A stretch of DNA of 40,076 nt, taken from a virus. Its lineage: Duplodnaviria; Heunggongvirae; Uroviricota; Caudoviricetes. The translations under genes and the position numbers were made by a program. The stretch covers positions 128,001 through 168,076 of the IMG/VR virus record IMGVR_UViG_3300022205_000001. One strand, written 5' to 3'. Positions 1 to 9,328 of the stretch are shown one piece after another; position 1 is the stretch's first letter; each line of letters begins with the position of its first letter. Under the pieces are notes generated by a model. That model was not told the origin of the DNA and ran no database searches. It saw only the letters and a program-made list of their open reading frames with translations.

Positions 1-289
1 GAACATCTTGAAATGGATCAGATGAAAGATATGTAAGGGCCTCACTTTGGGTCATGGCTGGATTGGTGACCGTTCCTGTTGATACGTCAGTGACATGGGT
101 TTCAATTCTCTGGATAGCATCTCCCAAAAAGTTTGTGGATTGAACCATCGGATTGGTGAAGAGTGATCCAGGGTCACTAGTCATCTTATTGATAATCGTC
201 TTGGACACATCCGACACCCCTGACGAAGAGGTAGGGAGCCTCGGTATGTCTAAACTTGGGATATGGGAAAAGTCTAAATTGAATGGCAT
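1..289 (-). CDS. Partial hypothetical virion-module protein (MPFNLDFSHIPSLDIP..., runs off the window)
   Basis: ATG at 289, 2 nt after the PAAR stop; frame open to the window edge. Confidence 0.6.
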   Translation of the reverse strand, partial: MPFNLDFSHIPSLDIPRLPTSSSGVSDVSKTIINKMTSDPGSLFTNPMVQSTNFLGDAIQRIETHVTDVSTGTVTNPAMTQSEALTYLSSDPFQDV

Positions 290-291
290 AG

Positions 292-603
292 TTATCCTGC
301 AAAAGTAGTAGTTGATCCTGTGAGTGCAATCGAGCCACAATTGATAACATCAGTCATTCTCATGAGTGGCATTCCATTACAAAATACTGTGGGGGAACCT
401 GTTACTCCGATTCCACTATGAACACTTATAATGTTTGTATGTGGTGCCCAGGTATCTAGTCCAGCCCGCACAGCAGGGAGACCGTCCACGAAGACATCAG
501 GAGAACCAGTCATTGCTGGTCTCGGTGGAAAGAACGTCGGGCCCGCCGGATGGCCACTACACATATCCACACCCATGCGAACAATCCCAAGAGGTATTCC
601 CAT
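292..603 (-). CDS. PAAR spike-tip protein (T4 gp5.4-like)
   Basis: GSPDVFVDGLPAVR and GSPTVFCNGMPLMR PAAR-type repeats, C/H zinc ligands, follows gp5. Confidence 0.9.
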   Translation of the reverse strand: MGIPLGIVRMGVDMCSGHPAGPTFFPPRPAMTGSPDVFVDGLPAVRAGLDTWAPHTNIISVHSGIGVTGSPTVFCNGMPLMRMTDVINCGSIALTGSTTTFAG

Positions 604-604
604 G

Positions 605-1627
605 TTACTCCAATGTAATCGATCCAGCCGTAACCACGGTTACTGGAGTTGGTGGTGTACCTGAGACTACTCCCGGTCCGTTTAGATTCATGGGAATTCC
701 ACTCAAATCCATCGGCCCACTCGCAACATGACTCTGTGTTGTGCCCTGAGTTTTTATCTGACCAAGTGCTGAAATATTCACATCCCCGGCTGCCTCTAAC
801 ACAAGATCTCCGCCGGCTTTCAAGTTGATCGCCCCACTTGCTGTAATATTGACATCTCCATGAACAACGATATTCTTGTCTCCAAGAACAATTTCATAAT
901 GTGTGGCATGGACTCGTGACACTTTTGTTCCATCTGGATGCACTTCATCAAATGTTCCTGACCGATGATAAATGTGCAAGCGTTCTGCTCCAGGTGTATC
1001 ATCCAATTCGATAAGGTGACCTGCTTCTGTTTCAATGACATGATTATACGGATACTGGGCAGCGTATGGTGTGGTTGGTTCGGACCATGATCCTCCGCCA
1101 GCAGTAGGTACCCCTGACGTGATAGTATTTTTCTTGAATTGGATCGGAGTCAACGATGTTTTTTCATTTCTCGCCATCCGTGAAACGGTGGATTCGTTCA
1201 ATGGGTGTGGATTGCGCTGCCCCGTTCCTTCTGTAATACTAACCGGTCCACTCGATACACGTAACGATTTCGGAGGCTTAGGTGCTGCCTTCAATTGTGC
1301 CGCAGTTCTTGGATCTGAAAATCCTTTTGACGCTGGGCGCAGTTCTGCGGGAACCCCATGCAATGACCCCATGATAACAGGCACCTGAGCGTCATGCCCA
1401 TCGACATAGAACCCCATAACAAAATCGCCCTCTTTCAGAGCGACATTTACGGATACCAATGTCTGAGCCCATGGTAATTGTTCACTTGGAAGATCGGATT
1501 TGTTTTCAGTGTGCGCTCCAATAATTCGCACACGATATCGACCTGCTTTTTGGGGGTCCTGTCGATCTTCAACAACTCCCATCCACCACACAAATTCCAT
1601 ACCGAGATTCTGATCATGTTCTTGCAT
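605..1627 (-). CDS. Baseplate central spike gp5 (OB fold + beta-helix, no lysozyme domain)
   Basis: WWMGVVEDRQDP..GRYRVRIIG, YPYNHVIETEAGH, ELDDTPGAERLHIYHRSGTF motifs. Confidence 0.92.
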   Translation of the reverse strand: MQEHDQNLGMEFVWWMGVVEDRQDPQKAGRYRVRIIGAHTENKSDLPSEQLPWAQTLVSVNVALKEGDFVMGFYVDGHDAQVPVIMGSLHGVPAELRPASKGFSDPRTAAQLKAAPKPPKSLRVSSGPVSITEGTGQRNPHPLNESTVSRMARNEKTSLTPIQFKKNTITSGVPTAGGGSWSEPTTPYAAQYPYNHVIETEAGHLIELDDTPGAERLHIYHRSGTFDEVHPDGTKVSRVHATHYEIVLGDKNIVVHGDVNITASGAINLKAGGDLVLEAAGDVNISALGQIKTQGTTQSHVASGPMDLSGIPMNLNGPGVVSGTPPTPVTVVTAGSITLE

Positions 1628-2928
1628 TATCGAGACCTTATAGCATTCATCGCTGGTGAGCCAAATGACTCAGCAGGCAATGAAGACGTGAGACTATCTT
1701 TTGATATTTCAAGGATACAAACATAGTGTGTGCGTTGTATTTTGTGACGCACCGCAGTGATCAAATAATTCCCACTGTAGAGTTCATCAATTAACTTTGA
1801 TTCTCGTGAAGGGGTTCCCCCTACAGCAAAGTTTGCTTGCACTACTTGCCCAGCACGAAGAATGATGTTACCAGGCAATGCGACTTTCATTTGAAATCCG
1901 TGTAACCCCGCGAGATACGAGTTTCGTTGTAGTAACCATGTATCGGGTTTGAGTTTGTTGCTCGCCACGCGAAAGAATGATTCGTGATGTTCAGTGACGG
2001 ATTTATTCGTACGGTCTTCATTCAACTGCAAATGTGGAAAATTATTCAAATGCTTTGTCTGTTTGAATAATGTAGAAGAGTCTGTCGAACTCAGTGTGAT
2101 CTTCTGTGCGAATGGATCAACCATCGTCAGCTTGCCTGCATAGGTACCTATTCCAAATCCCCGAAGCATATCAGGAGAATTGTGCATTTCATACTCAAAC
2201 GCAGATTCGTGCTTGATCGTCGTATCGGATTTCTCCTCTTTTTCCCCTGCAAAGTTTACTGGCATAAAATTGATTGCCTGCAAAGGCTCTTGTTGCGTCA
2301 ATGTTTCAATCGGCTTGAAATGATATCCCTGTGAATCCTCGAAAAAGACAAATGACGCACTTGCTGCCTGGGCAGTCTTTCCCATTCGTGCAAGCCAATT
2401 GATTGCATAGAATGGTCTCCAATACGGAATAACGATATCAAATGTTCCTTGTGTGTCGAGTATATCTGTTGATTGTAATTTCTTGGGATTGATCTTTAGA
2501 TACGTCATGCAGATATCGCGCACCATGGCGCTGATAGTTTGTCCCTTGTAAGACTTAGAAATCTTGACGGACTCACTCACGATGGCTTCTTCTGAACAAA
2601 AATGGAGTATGTACCGTTCTGTGGTGGTGTCTTTCTGTCTATCGGAAATTTTATAAACACGGAATACTTTCTTGATCTTCCACGGACTAGACGGTTTGGA
2701 GACCGTGATCATCAAAAATTCCATACCAATGATCGGAAGTTGATTGATCAAGTTGTTTGTATCCTGAACGAGAAGTGATCCATTCATAGTGTTGCCAAAT
2801 AGATCCTCGTGAAGGTTCAACTCGACCATAATTTCTCGTAAATCTACAGAACGACCAGATGTGCCTACCAGAAGCAATTCTTCGATGCTACAATCAGTCG
2901 CTTTCGCTACACCATCAAGAATCGGCAT
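1627..2928 (-). CDS. Baseplate hub protein (gp27-like)
   Basis: 433 aa between gp53 and gp5; FFEDSQGYHF and YSGNYLITAVRH motifs of phage hub proteins. Confidence 0.7.
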   Translation of the reverse strand: MPILDGVAKATDCSIEELLLVGTSGRSVDLREIMVELNLHEDLFGNTMNGSLLVQDTNNLINQLPIIGMEFLMITVSKPSSPWKIKKVFRVYKISDRQKDTTTERYILHFCSEEAIVSESVKISKSYKGQTISAMVRDICMTYLKINPKKLQSTDILDTQGTFDIVIPYWRPFYAINWLARMGKTAQAASASFVFFEDSQGYHFKPIETLTQQEPLQAINFMPVNFAGEKEEKSDTTIKHESAFEYEMHNSPDMLRGFGIGTYAGKLTMVDPFAQKITLSSTDSSTLFKQTKHLNNFPHLQLNEDRTNKSVTEHHESFFRVASNKLKPDTWLLQRNSYLAGLHGFQMKVALPGNIILRAGQVVQANFAVGGTPSRESKLIDELYSGNYLITAVRHKIQRTHYVCILEISKDSLTSSLPAESFGSPAMNAIRSR

Positions 2929-2933
2929 ATGTA

Positions 2934-3563
2934 TTACTCTTGTGTATTGAGAAGGGTTTCAAGTTCAGCGACTACCTGAGGAATGAATGTATCTTTGAGC
3001 AATTTGATTGATCGCTTCTGCTCATTGAGATCAATTTCATAGGTATAGCAGTCCACCGATGAACGGGAAATTGTTTTTGTCACCGTGTTTCCATCAGAGA
3101 AGGTGAAGACTTCAGGAACAAGGCTTACAAGACTATCATACTTAGTTTGATCGATAACTGTCGTTTCTTCGCTTGCATTCCCTAACGAATCAGTTTTTGT
3201 GATTGTCATGGTGTAATGATGAATCGTGGAGGATGCCAGTGCAAGCGAACCATATTTGTCTGTGACATATGCAACAAGATCCCCATAGTTCTTTGGCCAA
3301 TCCAACAAGGGATCACGAATATTGTTCAGAAGAGTAATTACCCAGAAGTACTTGGGTGACCCGTATTCCTTATCCGCAACGATTTCAGGAGATTCCCCTT
3401 CAATAACCTGATACGTGTAGTAGGCCTCTCGGTTTTGGAGGATGTTCTTGATCGGTGCCGCACGATGAAAGATATCCGTTACCCACTCATACTCTCCAGG
3501 AGCCGTCTGTGGGTTTAAGGAGTATCTGTGAAATGGAAAATTGGAAAAATATGCCGCAGGCAT
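2934..3563 (-). CDS. Baseplate wedge subunit gp53
   Basis: YFSNFP..., GESPEIVADKEYGSPKYFWVITLLNNIRDPLLDWP. Confidence 0.9.
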   Translation of the reverse strand: MPAAYFSNFPFHRYSLNPQTAPGEYEWVTDIFHRAAPIKNILQNREAYYTYQVIEGESPEIVADKEYGSPKYFWVITLLNNIRDPLLDWPKNYGDLVAYVTDKYGSLALASSTIHHYTMTITKTDSLGNASEETTVIDQTKYDSLVSLVPEVFTFSDGNTVTKTISRSSVDCYTYEIDLNEQKRSIKLLKDTFIPQVVAELETLLNTQE

Positions 3564-4639
3564 TAGTACCCCTTCTCATGAATGAGTTCTTTGGTGATGT
3601 ATTCCAGTTCTTTGAAACGTAGCGTCAAGCGAGTATGCACAGGCATATCATCACGATAAAATGCAGAACCAGTTGCGCCATAGTCTACAGTAATATCTTC
3701 CAAAACACAGGAAGAAATTTTTCCCATTTTCTGATTGGAAAATTCAATATCAAAGTCCGATGGTGGAACAAAGTATCGTCCGAAGACTCCCCCTCCCTTG
3801 AGGATTTCAGGAGCCGCATGGAACTTAAATGCTTGAATGATATCGTAGACGGCTTTCCCCTCTTCTTGTGAACGAGGGGCAAATATAAACTCAAAATTGA
3901 AAGAACGGAGAACTGGGGTTTCGTAAATGACATCGATTTGGGGATTGAGAGCCATCCCAAACGTGTTCAATGCGAAATTCACATCCCCCGTTGCCCGACC
4001 GACAGCTTCAGCCCCCAATGCTTTAAATTCGTTGCCTTTTTTTGATAGACTGGCGAGTTTAGCAGGATCACCACCTGAATCAATCAATTCCTTAATTGAT
4101 TTGATCGCACTATCAGAGGCGCCAGCCACCCCCAATGCCATTCCAGGAAGGGTTGAAGAAAGTGCGGATTCACTGAATTGATTCTGGAAACTCCAAGAGA
4201 GTGTATCCGGCATATACAAACGGATACCAACTGTGGTGCGAGAAGTTTTTCGATTGAATCCGAATGTTCCACCGAACATTGATCGACCAGTGATACCAGG
4301 CCGGCTTCGTTGATTGATAGCGACTGTTGATTCAATAAAATTCCCCTTTTCGTCCTTAGCCCTTTTTCCTAATGGAGACGAATCAGCATACTTTGAGAGA
4401 TTGCGAATATTGACAAAGAATGTGATATAATGGGGATGGCGAGTATTATCCCCAAGTATCAATGGATATTTGAGATAGGTGTATCCATACTTCTGTTGTG
4501 CAGCAATTTTTTCATTTGTTTGTTTCCGATTTTCAGGTTGGACTTCAGCTTGTATTGCTCCATACAGTTCTTTCCCCTTCCTCTGAACGGTGTCAATACT
4601 TTCCGAAACCATATTTCCAACGTAATCGACCAGTCCCAT
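3563..4639 (-). CDS. Baseplate tail-tube cap gp48
   Basis: LYMPD, NPQIDVIYETPVLRSFNFEFIFAPRS, SCVLEDITVDY, LRFKELE. Confidence 0.85.
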   Translation of the reverse strand: MGLVDYVGNMVSESIDTVQRKGKELYGAIQAEVQPENRKQTNEKIAAQQKYGYTYLKYPLILGDNTRHPHYITFFVNIRNLSKYADSSPLGKRAKDEKGNFIESTVAINQRSRPGITGRSMFGGTFGFNRKTSRTTVGIRLYMPDTLSWSFQNQFSESALSSTLPGMALGVAGASDSAIKSIKELIDSGGDPAKLASLSKKGNEFKALGAEAVGRATGDVNFALNTFGMALNPQIDVIYETPVLRSFNFEFIFAPRSQEEGKAVYDIIQAFKFHAAPEILKGGGVFGRYFVPPSDFDIEFSNQKMGKISSCVLEDITVDYGATGSAFYRDDMPVHTRLTLRFKELEYITKELIHEKGY

Positions 4640-4644
4640 AAATA
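4637..4644 (+). promoter_or_regulatory. T4-type late promoter box CATAAATA (gp4)
   Basis: TATAAATA-like box upstream of gp4; gp33 encoded in window. Confidence 0.6.
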
Positions 4645-4664
4645 CCCCCTTAGTGGTTATAGTA

Positions 4665-4672
4665 TATTTATG
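4665..4672 (-). promoter_or_regulatory. T4-type late promoter box CATAAATA (gp48 operon)
   Basis: Plus-strand tatttatg, about 25 nt upstream of gp48 ATG. Confidence 0.65.
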
Positions 4673-4689
4673 CGTTATTTGGGAGGGTT

Positions 4690-5130
4690 ATGGCCAGGGA
4701 ATATGTTCAAGGGAAATATACTCCAGAGAACCCCAAAAAGTATGCCGGGGACATCCGCAATATTGTCTACCGATCTGGTTGGGAACGCCAATTCATGATT
4801 CGGTTAGATCGATCCCCCTCTGTCATTCTTTGGAATTCGGAAGGACTAGTCATACCATATCTCTCTCCGGTGGATGGAAGAAAACATCGATACTTCCCCG
4901 ACTTCCTCGTAAAAGTGCAAACGAAGGCGGTTCAAAAGACATTTTTATTGGAAATCAAACCCCACGCTCAAACACAACTACGCACACCAAAACGGCAGAC
5001 ACGCAAGTTTCTGAATGAAGTAGCGACCTACGCAATCAACCGGGCAAAATGGGAAGCTGCGGAAGAATTTTGTAAGGACCAGGGATGGCAATTTCAAGTC
5101 ATCACTGAGAAAGATACTGTATTTTTCTAG
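4690..5130 (+). CDS. Head completion protein gp4 (TnsA-like nuclease fold)
   Basis: NPKKYAGD..IVYRSGWE, IPYLSPVDGRKHRYFPDF, EIKP, NRAKWEAA. Confidence 0.93.
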   Translation: MAREYVQGKYTPENPKKYAGDIRNIVYRSGWERQFMIRLDRSPSVILWNSEGLVIPYLSPVDGRKHRYFPDFLVKVQTKAVQKTFLLEIKPHAQTQLRTPKRQTRKFLNEVATYAINRAKWEAAEEFCKDQGWQFQVITEKDTVFF

Positions 5131-5138
5131 CATAAATA
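5131..5138 (+). promoter_or_regulatory. T4-type late promoter box CATAAATA (gp2 operon)
   Basis: Box 6 nt before gp2 ATG. Confidence 0.6.
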
Positions 5139-5144
5139 CTCATT

Positions 5145-5741
5145 ATGGCAACAATTATTCAACGTATACAAGAACAACTCGGAGAGAAATCATTAGTCCC
5201 AGGTACGAGCCTGGCACATAAATGGTTGCTCCAAAAAGTCAAGCAACTCAATCCGACAGGGCAAGATCGGATGCAATTGCTCAAGCAGCGTGATGCACAA
5301 CGAAATAAGGCAATCATCGGACGGTTCTATTTCTTTCACTACGAACCCAAGCTTAAAGAAGTGCTTCCGTATTGGGATCGCTTTCCACTTGTCATTCCAA
5401 TCAAGCAATATACCGATGGGTTCCTGGGGCTCAACTTACACTATATTTCCCCAAAGGATCGTTTGATTCTATTGAAGCAACTCAGCCGTTTTGCGACCGG
5501 GTCATTGCAGGATGAGCGAACACGATTGAAACCCTCATATCCATTGTTGTCCGCTACGCATCAGGCATATCGAGCGACCCCATGCGTAAAACGATATTTG
5601 CTTCAACATATCAGGACACGAGTGATTGAGATTCCTACTCCCGAATGGGATATTGCTGCTGCATTGCCATTACAACAGTTCACCAGTAAGACAAGTATAC
5701 GACCACAAGAAGTGTGGGAAGAATCGAAGGAGAAGTTCTAA
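5145..5741 (+). CDS. DNA end protector gp2
   Basis: YEPKLKEVLPYWDRFPLV, GFLGLNLHYI, PCVKRYL. Confidence 0.93.
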   Translation: MATIIQRIQEQLGEKSLVPGTSLAHKWLLQKVKQLNPTGQDRMQLLKQRDAQRNKAIIGRFYFFHYEPKLKEVLPYWDRFPLVIPIKQYTDGFLGLNLHYISPKDRLILLKQLSRFATGSLQDERTRLKPSYPLLSATHQAYRATPCVKRYLLQHIRTRVIEIPTPEWDIAAALPLQQFTSKTSIRPQEVWEESKEKF

Positions 5742-6367
5742 TGGCCGGCATATTTCATGAATTTCTATCACATCTTAAGGGAACAGGATTAGCGAAGTCC
5801 TCACACTTCCAGGTGTTTATTCCTCTTGCGCCTCGTGATTTGGACAAAACCGTTCTCAACGGTCGCACTCTGTCGTTCCGTTGCGAATCCGCAGAACTAC
5901 CAGGTCGTCAATTGGTCACGCAGGATAGCCGAATTTATGGACCCGTCTACAAGACCCCTTATCAATCGGTGTATCAAGATATCACATTGACGTTCTTAGA
6001 AACTGGGGATTTCTTTGTCCGTCGGTTCTTTGAAACATGGATGAACATCATTTTCAACTCAGTGACCAATACGATGGCATATCCAAACGAGTATCGTTCT
6101 GATATCCTTATCACACAGTATGATATGTCGTTACCAAGCGAAGGGGCAGATTCGTTAGCAACAATTGCCACATGGCAACTCGTGTCTGCATTTCCGACCG
6201 CGGTCAACCAGATGCCAGTCGCATGGACTGAGGATGGTTTTCATCGTGTATCGGTCACGCTCGCATACGAATTCTATGTGATCACTCGACCACAGAAACC
6301 AGCAGAGAACATCAATGAAAAGGCTCCAACATCCCCGAAGCAAACGCAGGGGTCGGCTCGTAACTAA
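5741..6367 (+). CDS. Tail tube initiator gp54 (gp19 superfamily)
   Basis: CESAELPGRQL, FFETWMN, AFPTAV, VTLAY; start moved to ATG 5741. Confidence 0.8.
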   Translation: MAGIFHEFLSHLKGTGLAKSSHFQVFIPLAPRDLDKTVLNGRTLSFRCESAELPGRQLVTQDSRIYGPVYKTPYQSVYQDITLTFLETGDFFVRRFFETWMNIIFNSVTNTMAYPNEYRSDILITQYDMSLPSEGADSLATIATWQLVSAFPTAVNQMPVAWTEDGFHRVSVTLAYEFYVITRPQKPAENINEKAPTSPKQTQGSARN

Positions 6368-6387
6368 CACATGAAAGGTGATTGACC

Positions 6388-7134
6388 ATGGCATTGAAGG
6401 ATATTTTGAGTGTTCCGTTGTATGATGTAACATGCCCATCAGGAAAGAAACTTTCGTTTCGTCCGTTCCTGGGGAAAGAAGAGAAACTTTTATTGATCGC
6501 TATGGAATCTGAGGATGCTAAGGTAGTGTTTGATACCGTGATAAAGATCCTCCAGAATTGTGTCGGCGATATTTCAAACGTCAAGGTCGATACACTACCT
6601 TTGTTTGATATTGAGTATCTATTCTTGAATCTTCGCGCAAGAAGCATAGGGGAAACTGTACCCTTGAAGTATAGATGCCGATCAACCGTCCAGAACACGG
6701 CGACTCAGCAGGCGGAGACGTGTGGTACCATTTCGGAGTATAAGGTCGACCTTTTGTCCATCAAACCAGCCTTTGGTGAGGGCCATACTAAATACATTGC
6801 TCTAACGGACACCGTTGGGGTAACACTCAAGTATCCTGCATTCAAATCCTTCTCAAAACTAGCTCGGAAGGATCTTCCAGCAGAGGAAGCATTTGAGTTT
6901 GTCCTCAACTGCATCGAATCTGTCAGTGACGCAAACACGATCACATATGCAAAAGATGTCTCTCGTGAAGAGTTGATTGATTTTGTCGAATCACTTTCGC
7001 ATCAACAAATCGCCAAGTTGGATAAATTTTTCCAGACGATGCCGAAGATTGAGAGTACGGTTCATTTCAATTGCCCTAAGTGCGGTGCAAAAGAAGATAT
7101 TGTGGTTTCGGGGCTCGACAATTTTTTCGTCTAA
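6388..7134 (+). CDS. Baseplate hub assembly protein gp26
   Basis: FRPFLGKEEKLLLIA, FDIEYLFLNLRARSIGE, FFQTMPK, CPKCG..GLDNFF. Confidence 0.92.
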   Translation: MALKDILSVPLYDVTCPSGKKLSFRPFLGKEEKLLLIAMESEDAKVVFDTVIKILQNCVGDISNVKVDTLPLFDIEYLFLNLRARSIGETVPLKYRCRSTVQNTATQQAETCGTISEYKVDLLSIKPAFGEGHTKYIALTDTVGVTLKYPAFKSFSKLARKDLPAEEAFEFVLNCIESVSDANTITYAKDVSREELIDFVESLSHQQIAKLDKFFQTMPKIESTVHFNCPKCGAKEDIVVSGLDNFFV

Positions 7135-7322
7135 CTTTTCAGCATGATACACTCCAGAACTATTTCGTGACGAATTTTGCATTAGTTCAGGATCATAAGT
7201 TTTCCATCACCGAGCTTGAGGAAATGCTTCCTTGGGAACGGCTGGTGTATATTACACTTGTGCAGCAACGGGTAGAAAAAGAAAACGCTCGCATCCGCGA
7301 GGCACAACTAAGGAAGAAGTAA
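7122..7322 (+). CDS. gp51-like baseplate assembly peptide, probably reached by -1 frameshift from gp26
   Basis: NYFVTNFALVQDHKFSITELEEMLPWERLVY matches short gp51; no ATG/SD before the conserved part; T TTT TTC at 7122-7128. Confidence 0.8.
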   Translation, partial: FFRLTFQHDTLQNYFVTNFALVQDHKFSITELEEMLPWERLVYITLVQQRVEKENARIREAQLRKK

Positions 7323-9098
7323 ATGGCGGACATCAAGGGACAGAAAATCGAATTAGGAAAAGAGACTCGCAAAGAAATCCTCGATGCTCTGAAGAATATC
7401 AAAGCACAGATCGCCCAGGCACGTCATCGTGAGTCAACGCCGTCAGGAGTTGCCGCGGATGTGTTGGCATCAGGAGGCGGTCCATTCTCTGCAATCAAAG
7501 AGGCGCTTGCATTTCGAGCGTCCCAGTCGAAAGCACGATTCAAGCAAAAGTTCGATCCTCTCAACATTGTCCAGCGTACTACTGGGTCAAAGATTGCAAC
7601 CGTCCTCGCCGGCAAACTTATGCGTCGGTCAGAAGAGTCCATTCGTGCGGCCGCAGGATTGCAGCAACGACCCACTGCGATTTCTCCCATTGCTGAACCT
7701 ATTGCGGAGGCACCTCCAGCAACACGAGGCGCTGAACAATTATCACAGCCTCTACTCAACGCTATTGCAAAGACATCCACCATCACTGCGAAGAATGTAG
7801 TGGCCATTGCCAAAAAATTAGGGGCAACACGCACATCCACTCCTACCGGGGATGGTCGTTTCCGCGATGTCCTCACAGGACAATTTCTCTCAAAGGAGTT
7901 CGTCAAGCAGGAGCATGAGCAAACAGAATACCTTGAGAATATTTGGGGTGGCATCGACAAGATTGCAGAATTGGTAGAAAGTGATCAAGATGAACGAAGA
8001 GATGCCCTTGCTGTGACGCAGAGAGAACGAGGAACCGCAACACAAGAATCAAAGCCTACTGCGAAAGAAAAGAAGAAAGAAGACGGAGGATTTCTCGGTT
8101 CTATTGGTGGATGGGCAAAGAGTCTCATGGGGATGTTATCGACAACACTATTCAGCCCCCTTGGATTAGCATTTGCGGGGCTTGTCACAGCAGGAGTGAT
8201 GCTCTATCGTCAATGGGATAAAATCAAGCTGTCGTTTTCATTGTTGGGTGATTCAATCAATGAAGTGTGGGAATCTGTCAAAGCTGGATTTGTTGCAGTC
8301 AAAGATTGGATATCGAACACGCTCACGTCTATTGGTGATAGCGTTATTGACATGGGGGAAACTATCGCCGAGAAAGTGAAGAGTATTCTTCCTGGATACA
8401 CAGCACCAACAGAAGAAGAAAAGATCCAAGCACTCCAGAAACGGGCGGACGCCGGAGAAGGATACGCACAACGTAAACTTGCGAAGATCAATACCCAAAA
8501 CCTAGGTGGCGATAAAGAAATATCTGACGCAGTTGAAAAACGTGCTTCCATGTTTGCTGCTAGGGTACCTGCCGGCACCACAGAAAAAATGCAACGTGGA
8601 GACTATGAACAAGCAGCAATTGATAATCTCATGGGGAGAGCACAGCCTAAGGGTACCCCTGAAGACAAAGCGGCGATTGCATCCATTACACAATTGGCCG
8701 GACAATCTTATGGGGAAGTCTTTAAAGATGAAAATGGGCAACCACTTTCTCCAGGAAAAGATAAGTCTCCCCATCGTGAAGAACGAATTGCTAAAATGGT
8801 CAGACAGGCTACCCAGACACTTGGTCAGGTTGCAACGGTTGCACCAGCCTCTACCCAAACAGTACCAGAAGCAATTGCTCCAGCACCACCGACTACTGGT
8901 CAATCACTCAACGATGCCGCAGAATTGAAAGCATCTGCTTCGGCAGCCTATGCGCCAGCAACCAATGTCAATACTGTGGCACCTGTAAACAATGTCACCA
9001 ATGTGAATAATAACACCATCCACCAAAAACTGCCAGGACTGCGCGGCGGCGAATCCTCATTTCTACGGTCCTCTACCAGGGATTATGTGCCTTCATAA
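7323..9098 (+). CDS. Tape measure / baseplate hub protein (gp29-like)
   Basis: 591 aa, Ala/Gln-rich helical, central hydrophobic segment, VNNVTNVNNN tail, follows gp26/gp51. Confidence 0.7.
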   Translation: MADIKGQKIELGKETRKEILDALKNIKAQIAQARHRESTPSGVAADVLASGGGPFSAIKEALAFRASQSKARFKQKFDPLNIVQRTTGSKIATVLAGKLMRRSEESIRAAAGLQQRPTAISPIAEPIAEAPPATRGAEQLSQPLLNAIAKTSTITAKNVVAIAKKLGATRTSTPTGDGRFRDVLTGQFLSKEFVKQEHEQTEYLENIWGGIDKIAELVESDQDERRDALAVTQRERGTATQESKPTAKEKKKEDGGFLGSIGGWAKSLMGMLSTTLFSPLGLAFAGLVTAGVMLYRQWDKIKLSFSLLGDSINEVWESVKAGFVAVKDWISNTLTSIGDSVIDMGETIAEKVKSILPGYTAPTEEEKIQALQKRADAGEGYAQRKLAKINTQNLGGDKEISDAVEKRASMFAARVPAGTTEKMQRGDYEQAAIDNLMGRAQPKGTPEDKAAIASITQLAGQSYGEVFKDENGQPLSPGKDKSPHREERIAKMVRQATQTLGQVATVAPASTQTVPEAIAPAPPTTGQSLNDAAELKASASAAYAPATNVNTVAPVNNVTNVNNNTIHQKLPGLRGGESSFLRSSTRDYVPS

Positions 9099-9275
9099 AG
9101 CACGGTAAACGAGTCAAATCCGGCTTATGGGGGCACTTCTCCCCTATATGTGAGTCATCATTCATCCAACCAGAAAAAGACCGCCTATAAACCGTTTAAA
9201 AGCGTCTCTAAGTTATTGATTTTATTGAGGAATTTTCGAGTGTTTTTAGGAAGGTAAGTGTTTGAAATATAAGGG

Positions 9276-9318
9276 AAATGGACATGCTCAGTCTATGAAA
9301 CCAAGCATGTCCATTTTT
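9276..9318. terminator. Hairpin terminator between convergent gp29 and gp32
   Basis: aaatggacatgct / agcatgtccattt 13-bp inverted repeat with T-run. Confidence 0.7.
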
Positions 9319-9328
9319 GAACAACTGG

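Noticed and set aside
605-1627. gp5 lacking lysozyme as a novelty
   Set aside because: Common among T4-like phages outside the T-evens
4690-5130. TnsA transposase
   Set aside because: The fold is shared with T4 gp4, and the gene sits in standard gp4-gp2 synteny
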